Source of the DNA: an uncultured Candidatus Poseidoniales archaeon
Lineage (GTDB): Archaea; Thermoplasmatota; Poseidoniia; Poseidoniales; Poseidoniaceae
Assembly (NCBI GenBank): GCA_964015875.1
Contig: CAXHEV010000003.1
Location: forward strand, 22,947 to 86,946
DNA: 64,000 nt
Direction of reading: 5' to 3'
Part shown: positions 57,801 to 64,000 of the stretch, piece after piece
Layout of the letters: every line of letters begins with the position of its first letter
Numbering within the stretch: position 1 is the stretch's first letter
Notes under the pieces: model-generated
Databases searched by the model: none
What the model saw: only the letters and a program-made list of their open reading frames with translations
What the model was told of the DNA's origin: nothing
Made by a program: the position numbers and the translations under genes

Positions 57801-58619
57801 ATGTCGATTGAAGTGATGGTTGGAATTAGCCTCGGCGTCTTCCTCATCGCCTTTGCATTTGCACCCGTTGGAATGGGTGGCGGGATGCTGTTTGTCCCAT
57901 TGCTTCACTACGGAGCGGGGTGGGCAATCGATGGTCGAATTATTGCTGCGTCGTTGACATTAACAGCGGTCGTCAGTTACGGGAGTGGACTCGCTCATCG
58001 TCGTGAGGGTCATGTTGATGATTCCATAGTGAAGATTGGACTGGCTGGAGCCATACCAGGAGCCTTGATCGGCGTCGTTATTGTAAGCCTGATTGGAGAC
58101 AATCTTGACCTTGTGTTCAAGATATTGAGTTTATTTATGATTTTGTGGGCGATTCGAAAAACAATTTCAAAAATGGGTACTGAGAACTCAAAGGGGATTG
58201 AAGGAGTCGAACCAACAGACTCCATCATAGAACATTCACAACTACGCTTTGGTTCAGCCATCGGAGGATTGTTGTCTAGCGTGTTGGCGATTGGAGCTGG
58301 TGTGATTTATGTGCCAATACTTCGAGCCTTTGCAAAATTACCTCCAAGGAAGGCTATAGGAAGCAGCCTCCATTTTATGATGGCCGTCATTCCAATATCC
58401 ATTCTAACACATATTCTGTTTTTGCCAACCGATTCAATGCAACGTCTTGCAAGTGATCTACCTTTCATCTCAGTCTTAGCCGCACTCACGTTTCTCGGAG
58501 CACGAAGTGGTGCGAAATTTGGAATGAAATACCTCACAGAAGAACGAATCATGCAAATCTTCCTTGCGCTGATCGTTCTTGTTGCCGTCAGGTACTCGAT
58601 TGATATCATTGGACTTTGA
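57801..58619 (+). CDS. TauE/SafE-family membrane transporter
   Basis: GMGGGMLFVP and AIGAGVIYVP repeats, AIGSS, about eight TMs. Confidence 0.85.
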   Translation: MSIEVMVGISLGVFLIAFAFAPVGMGGGMLFVPLLHYGAGWAIDGRIIAASLTLTAVVSYGSGLAHRREGHVDDSIVKIGLAGAIPGALIGVVIVSLIGDNLDLVFKILSLFMILWAIRKTISKMGTENSKGIEGVEPTDSIIEHSQLRFGSAIGGLLSSVLAIGAGVIYVPILRAFAKLPPRKAIGSSLHFMMAVIPISILTHILFLPTDSMQRLASDLPFISVLAALTFLGARSGAKFGMKYLTEERIMQIFLALIVLVAVRYSIDIIGL

Positions 58620-58621
58620 TG

Positions 58622-60523
58622 TTAATCTCCCCCAGTCATCTCATCTGTTGGTACGATGAAATCCAAAGCCGTTGGGTCTTCTATGGCGACAAGTCCACGG
58701 ATGCTATGTGCATCTTGAAGTTCAACTGTTGGCTGTGCAACCTTGACTCTTGTAACTCCGAGAGAAAGCACGTGACCTGGACTCACTGGTAGTCGACCTT
58801 CTGGTAACCAAAGACCAAGAGCGCCCATTTCACCATGATGCACGATGATGAGGGTATGCCCATGCTCATCAATTTCAGAACGAACAACTCGCATGGATTC
58901 GCCAGATGGAATCAACCGTTCACTGCTTTGCCAATCGTTCCAAGTGTCTTCCAATGGTTTGTTTTGTAGATTTGCAAGTTCATCTATAGCCTCAATTTTC
59001 TCGGTGAAGGCTTGTTCTTTCTCAGCAGCGATTGCATTCAATCCATCGAGGAGATCTCGCAATCCTTCATGATGCAGTGCATCGATTTTGGTCATTGCAG
59101 CATGAGCCATCACCATAAGATCTGCTAGGGATTCGATGTCAGCCTCACTGCCAGATTCTAGGGCACACTCCATCCCTTCATCAAGAATTTCAAGAGCAAG
59201 ACCTGGTTGGTCAATCGATAGCAATGAAGTCCCTATGGCCTTCAAAGATAGGGTTGCGGCAGACTTGTCTTCAATCACATATTCGCGAGCGGTCGCAATG
59301 TGGTGCTTTGCCACATCGAAATCATGATTCAAGTGTCGAGTGACCCCTGAGAGCACGAGGTATCGAAGTCTCTGGCTTCCTGTGGATTGGGCTTGGCGAT
59401 CTGCGGTCTCAAACAACCTTGCTGCTCGGGCCCAATCATCTGAACTTGTTGCGAGCAAACCGAGTTGGTGCATGCCATGCATCTCAGCAAACTCGTCATC
59501 GATCAGGGTCGCTGCTTGAAGGGCTCTTGAGAGGTGGAGGCGGGCTGCAACACGGTCGCCCGACATCTTCGACATCAATCCAAGTGCAGTCTCTGTACGT
59601 TGAACAAAACCAGCAAGAGCAGTGTTGGCCAATTCTGCATCCTTTTCACCAAGCGGGGCAAGACCCAAACCAACCGCTTCTAAGGCCTCACTGTAGGCGA
59701 GCATCGTTGTTCGATAAGCACCTTCAACGTCGTTTGAATAGGCTGTACTTGACAGGTTTGAGAGATGCTGATCTAATCCTGACATAGGAGCGCATATCTC
59801 AGGTAGTGCGCCAAGGGACTTCAGGTGTTTCCCCTTGATTTGCTCACCATTCAAGGTTCGACGCAATGCAGTAGAGAGGACTTCTTCAGCAGGTGAAGTC
59901 TCTTCTTTCTTCGTGGGTGTAGGTTGTGCTTTTGGACTGTTGATCAAGGAATCAACCATCCATGTCAATTTCGCTTGGATATCATATTCATTGACTCGAC
60001 TAATGGCGTACCTCATTTCTGCCGCTCTAATCCGTCGAGAGAGACTATTGAACGCAGATTTTGACTTCACGGATGAGAGCTCAGCGAGTCGTTGCATGAA
60101 GGTTGAAGGTGGGCATGTTGTGTAGCCAAGATTAGCCTTCTCGCTCGTGGTAGTCATCTTGAAATCGTCAGTCACCAACACCACTGTTTTCCCTTCACGA
60201 GTCAATTTCGATGCAAGCACCATAAGCGATAAGTCAACATCTTGAGGTGATGCTTTCTCGCCAATAAGTTGCGCTAAGCCTCTGATTTGAGCGTCATCAA
60301 CAGGTACTGTTGTGAGGATATCTTCGAGAGCATCTAAGAGGAGGGGTTTCTTTTTCCAGCGTTGAAAACGTACGGTTCGAACCTCACCATGTACGCCTGG
60401 AGTTACATAGAACGTATGCCTTGACGCATGCGTCATGGCCTTGATGTCTTTTAGAAACCGATCTGCAGCATAGGAGCCAAGGTGAATGAAGCAATTCGAA
60501 TCAATGACCCATGTATGACTCAT
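58622..60523 (-). CDS. PIN-domain protein fused to TPR-like helical repeats
   Basis: WVIDSNCF, E, SPQDVDLSL, VTDDF (Nob1-like PIN); later ARLHLSRALQAA, AARLFETA, ALEILDEG helical repeats. Confidence 0.7.
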   Translation of the reverse strand: MSHTWVIDSNCFIHLGSYAADRFLKDIKAMTHASRHTFYVTPGVHGEVRTVRFQRWKKKPLLLDALEDILTTVPVDDAQIRGLAQLIGEKASPQDVDLSLMVLASKLTREGKTVVLVTDDFKMTTTSEKANLGYTTCPPSTFMQRLAELSSVKSKSAFNSLSRRIRAAEMRYAISRVNEYDIQAKLTWMVDSLINSPKAQPTPTKKEETSPAEEVLSTALRRTLNGEQIKGKHLKSLGALPEICAPMSGLDQHLSNLSSTAYSNDVEGAYRTTMLAYSEALEAVGLGLAPLGEKDAELANTALAGFVQRTETALGLMSKMSGDRVAARLHLSRALQAATLIDDEFAEMHGMHQLGLLATSSDDWARAARLFETADRQAQSTGSQRLRYLVLSGVTRHLNHDFDVAKHHIATAREYVIEDKSAATLSLKAIGTSLLSIDQPGLALEILDEGMECALESGSEADIESLADLMVMAHAAMTKIDALHHEGLRDLLDGLNAIAAEKEQAFTEKIEAIDELANLQNKPLEDTWNDWQSSERLIPSGESMRVVRSEIDEHGHTLIIVHHGEMGALGLWLPEGRLPVSPGHVLSLGVTRVKVAQPTVELQDAHSIRGLVAIEDPTALDFIVPTDEMTGGD

Positions 60524-60569
60524 CGATGCCTTGTCATAGCCCAAGGCTCTTAGGTTCTTAGGGGGAAAT

Positions 60570-60959
60570 CTACGGAGTAAGACTCGGGAAAATACAGACT
60601 TCAGGCTGCGAGAAGAATTTCATTCGATACTTAGCAACAATTCTGTACACCACATTACGAAGGGGGAGAGGTACAATCCAAGCAAAGGGGAAGAGAATCC
60701 GATAGTGCCATTTGAGATAGAGCAAGCACCGGATGGCTGCTGATGATCGCATGTATGGTTGACCATTGCGTAGGAGGTAAACCGTATCAGCATCTTGAAA
60801 TTTTTGCGGGAATTTAGCAATGATTGAGCGTCCCTCTTCACTTTCTATAGCGATAAACTTCATACTTTGAGGATCCCGTAAACGGGGGTGGAGAAACACC
60901 GCAGAGCGCGTGCATAGACCACAATCGCCATCCATTAAGAGAATGTCAGAATCACTCAT
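60570..60959 (-). CDS. DCC1-like thiol-disulfide oxidoreductase (DUF393)
   Basis: DGDCGLC, RSSAA, PLRNVVYRIVAKYR; SD GGAGGG. Confidence 0.88.
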   Translation of the reverse strand: MSDSDILLMDGDCGLCTRSAVFLHPRLRDPQSMKFIAIESEEGRSIIAKFPQKFQDADTVYLLRNGQPYMRSSAAIRCLLYLKWHYRILFPFAWIVPLPLRNVVYRIVAKYRMKFFSQPEVCIFPSLTP

Positions 60960-61755
60960 CAATTCCACCCTCCATTGGTAGCAAGTGCCACGTCACAACA
61001 TTAACACCTTCCGACATGTGCATCAGTTCGGGTTTAGTAGCATCCTGAATCCCGAGGTTGTAGCTTTCAACGAGGGTATTTTGCTGAACCTCTGCAATAG
61101 CATCTGCATACCACCATTTGCTATGGTGAGTGTAGCCGTGATGCAGTCGGCCTTTGTGAATGGTGTACAAGCTGTATCTTTCGAACAGGAAGTATTCGAG
61201 TGAACCTTCCTGAGCCTGCTTTAATTCTGAGCACTTCTTTGCAAACCCTTTGAGGCCAACGCCGCCTCTTGAACGACTGGATGACCAGGTGTATCCTTGA
61301 TCCAATGTGCCTTTGACGAAGGCTTTGGCATATCGGTAAGCAAGACCATACTTCCATTTGGCATAGAAGCAAGTGACCCGACTTTTAGCATCTAAGGTCA
61401 AAAAAAAGACACCTGGGACTCCATTTTTCTTAACGTAGGTCCTGATATTGAATTCACCAAACGTCGAGACGCCTGGGACTGGAGGCAAAGGATAAGGCCG
61501 TACATTTTCCATCACGAATGGGATGCATCCAATGTAGGCTTTCCCATGATGCAAATCAATTTCCAACCCGTCTGGCAGATGGTGACGAAGGATGTCAGGG
61601 TCAACCTCCCAATGGAGGAACGTGAGTTTTTTCCAGTTCTGCCTCAAGATCCAACGGCTCTCAGGCATAGGAAATGGAATGTGGTCCACAGCAAGACCAT
61701 CCTTCCTTGTGACCATGTTGGTCCATCGAGGCGAAGGTCTTGAACCATCCCTCAT
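60952..61755 (-). CDS. YqjF/DUF2071 family protein
   Basis: QNWKKLTFLHWEVDP, LPDGLEID, EFNIRTYV, GVFFLTLDA, FLFERY. Confidence 0.88.
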   Translation of the reverse strand: MRDGSRPSPRWTNMVTRKDGLAVDHIPFPMPESRWILRQNWKKLTFLHWEVDPDILRHHLPDGLEIDLHHGKAYIGCIPFVMENVRPYPLPPVPGVSTFGEFNIRTYVKKNGVPGVFFLTLDAKSRVTCFYAKWKYGLAYRYAKAFVKGTLDQGYTWSSSRSRGGVGLKGFAKKCSELKQAQEGSLEYFLFERYSLYTIHKGRLHHGYTHHSKWWYADAIAEVQQNTLVESYNLGIQDATKPELMHMSEGVNVVTWHLLPMEGGIDE

Positions 61756-62229
61756 CTATTCCAGTGATTCCAGTGAACTGGAAGCAATGGTATCCACACG
61801 TCCACCATCACCCCAAGTTGCAGCAATTCCAACCGCACAACCTAACGGTGCCATCATCATGCAAAGGATGAGCACCGGTGTCGAGACATACATCGGTCGC
61901 TTCATAGCCACCATTCGCAACCAAATAAACCGCCCAAGAAACATATCAAAGGCTAGGTAGTGCAACCAGCCGAGGATGATGACGTCTTCATCAGCAAACA
62001 GATCAATGACAATCTGGGGTGTTGGCATATCGCTTCCAAGTGCAAGTAAAATAGTACTTACTTGAGGCAATACCACGATGATGTATGGTACAAGAAGTGG
62101 TAAGAAGCAATACCGAAGATCACCAACAAAACGGCGCGTCAAATGATGTTCTGGTAAGAACCACATCAACACCCAAAATGGAAGAATCCACACCGATGAA
62201 AACCAAAACATAACTTCTGTTAATTCCAT
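61756..62229 (-). CDS. ABA4-like / DUF4281 membrane protein
   Basis: PFWVLMWFLP....T, GWLHYLAFDMFLGRFI, PLG. Confidence 0.85.
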   Translation of the reverse strand: MELTEVMFWFSSVWILPFWVLMWFLPEHHLTRRFVGDLRYCFLPLLVPYIIVVLPQVSTILLALGSDMPTPQIVIDLFADEDVIILGWLHYLAFDMFLGRFIWLRMVAMKRPMYVSTPVLILCMMMAPLGCAVGIAATWGDGGRVDTIASSSLESLE

Positions 62230-62231
62230 AC

Positions 62232-64000
62232 TTATTCCTCTTCATTCATAGCAGAGATATAACGCTGCGCATCGGTTCTCAAAAAGCGGGCATAGAAAGC
62301 AGGTAAAATCACCAAGCTTGAAAGGAGAGCTAAAGCGATCGCCACAACAAAAGCCTGTCCAAACAATCTCAATGGGAGGAGTGAGGAGAGATTTAGCACA
62401 GCAAATCCACCAGCAGTGGTCAGCGCAGCCATCCACATTGCCCGACCAGTCGTTGCCGATGCGTTAGCGACCCAGTGGTGAGGATCAGCGAACGGGTTGT
62501 GTTCGACTTCCTCTTCCAAACGAATTGAAAAATGGACTGCGTAATCGACACCAAGGCCCAAGGAAAGAGCTCCGATGGTGACAGTTTGTGAATTGATTTG
62601 GTAGCCGGTGAAGCCCATTAATCCATACACCCATACAACCACCATCATCAGTGGTATCCAAGACACAAACCCTCGAGAAGCACCTTGAACCAAATCCTTC
62701 TGCCGAACAGTGTGAATGCCAATCAACATCATCAAAATGACGACGGCAACAACACCCGTGGACAGGATGGCTGAATCAGCTACGTCTGAAGTCGTCTGAG
62801 CAAGGATCAGGCTTCTTCCACCAACACGGAGATCAGCGTCACCCTCCAAGCCTTCTTCTGCCGATTCCAGCGAATCGATCATCCGCTGATTGAGATTGAT
62901 GGTTGCTTGCCAGTCAAGGGTTTCTGCTTGGAATGAAAGTACGGTTTGTTTGCCGTCGGAAGCGAGCACGGAGGAACTGAGGTCCCTACCTTCTGGCGTC
63001 TCAAGCAAGTATGTTGCGAGTTCGTCCCATGTCGATTGATTGGCATCGTCGAGTTGGCTCATCAATCCGTTGAGCATCGAATCTCGAACTTGAGCTTCAG
63101 CCAGTACATTCCACAATCCGCTGGGTGTCCCACTGACATCTGGGCTCTCAAGCAGCACCTGTTCTGCGGCAAGCCATGCCGCGTAGCCATCGGGAGTGAA
63201 GACTTCTACATCAACCACGACATACAATGGTGATCTGCTGTTTTGGAACTCATCTGATAACAGCAAAAAGTCGCCGACAACTGGAACCTCCTCATCGAAT
63301 TGGTCTCGTTGATCAAAACCAACTTCCAATTGTTGGAAACCGATAAACATCGGGGCCAACAACAAGACAGCGATGACACCAACCTTCGTTGGAGTCGCAG
63401 AAAGCCGAGCAAGCCGGTTCGCAATTGGACCAATTTCGATAGAACTGGCTTTTTCAAGTTTGAGTTTTTTCGGAGGGAACATCAGCATCAACGCTGGAAG
63501 TGCAGTAATACTGAGCAGATAAACGAGGAAGAGGCCGATGGCAATCACTGTTCCAAACACTTGGAGGAAGGACAAAGAGGAGAATCTGAAGGAAAGGAAC
63601 CCGACCATATCGGTAAAGATTGCAATCACGAGGGCAATCGAAGTCAAGACGGTCCCTCGGCGGACTGCAACTTGCCTTGCTTCATATGAGAAATCCTTCA
63701 ATGTGGCTCGTTCTATATCGTCTTTAGAATCGATTAAATTCAATTCTTCCCGAATCCTAATCACGACGTGGAGACCATAATCCACACCAATTGCTAGTAA
63801 GAGAACCGGAATTGAATTCATGGCGGCGTTGAACACCATATTGACACCAAAGAATTGCAGCCAACCAGAAAAGCCGTATGTGGCCACAATAGCAAGGACC
63901 GTTAGCGAAGTGACGAATGCGGTGTCACGCACAGAACGGAAATTGAACCACAAAATGACTGCGAGAAGCAATAATGCAGCGCTTGTCAACGTGCCAATTT
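62232..64000 (-). CDS. MMPL/RND-family transporter; 5' end lies outside the window
   Basis: Two TM repeats with GVDYGLH and GVDYAVH, a large extracytoplasmic loop, AALTTAGGF; frame open to the window edge. Confidence 0.9.
   Translation of the reverse strand, partial: IGTLTSAALLLLAVILWFNFRSVRDTAFVTSLTVLAIVATYGFSGWLQFFGVNMVFNAAMNSIPVLLLAIGVDYGLHVVIRIREELNLIDSKDDIERATLKDFSYEARQVAVRRGTVLTSIALVIAIFTDMVGFLSFRFSSLSFLQVFGTVIAIGLFLVYLLSITALPALMLMFPPKKLKLEKASSIEIGPIANRLARLSATPTKVGVIAVLLLAPMFIGFQQLEVGFDQRDQFDEEVPVVGDFLLLSDEFQNSRSPLYVVVDVEVFTPDGYAAWLAAEQVLLESPDVSGTPSGLWNVLAEAQVRDSMLNGLMSQLDDANQSTWDELATYLLETPEGRDLSSSVLASDGKQTVLSFQAETLDWQATINLNQRMIDSLESAEEGLEGDADLRVGGRSLILAQTTSDVADSAILSTGVVAVVILMMLIGIHTVRQKDLVQGASRGFVSWIPLMMVVVWVYGLMGFTGYQINSQTVTIGALSLGLGVDYAVHFSIRLEEEVEHNPFADPHHWVANASATTGRAMWMAALTTAGGFAVLNLSSLLPLRLFGQAFVVAIALALLSSLVILPAFYARFLRTDAQRYISAMNEEE

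Noticed and set aside
4323..63780. Numerous 60-220 aa ORFs antisense to or overlapping the called genes
   Set aside because: Shadow ORFs of well-supported genes, with no recognisable motifs or independent start signals

Overview
Gene-dense archaeal chromosomal segment, most consistent with Marine Group II Thermoplasmatota (Ca. Poseidoniales). This is inferred from archaeal informational genes (aRF1, aIF2-beta, class I LysRS, Trm56, XPD helicase, NOG1 GTPase) mixed with bacterial-type metabolic genes (lipA plus a branched-chain 2-oxoacid dehydrogenase operon, lipB, class Ia nrdAB, folB/folP/pteridine reductase, RsuA-type pseudouridine synthase, parvulin) and giant acidic surface proteins. I annotate about 55 CDS and one tRNA-Leu(TAA); I saw no CRISPR array, rRNA, integrase or transposase. 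The most interesting signals are: (1) a run of hairpins with a perfect loop-loop complement downstream of a ribbon-helix-helix gene that has a palindromic operator (~436-1225); (2) a recurring non-canonical TATA-like pentamer TT(C/G)A(A/T) 29-30 nt upstream of many starts; (3) a ~3000-aa Ca-binding/transglutaminase/Ig/DUF4129 surface protein whose catalytic His is replaced by Thr; (4) a tightly coupled MMPL-ABA4-DUF2071-DCC1 operon; (5) unusual fusions (SAP-TM-M28 peptidase, Nob1-like PIN-TPR) and an SPFH gene pair. All family assignments come from motif recognition by eye, not from database searches.
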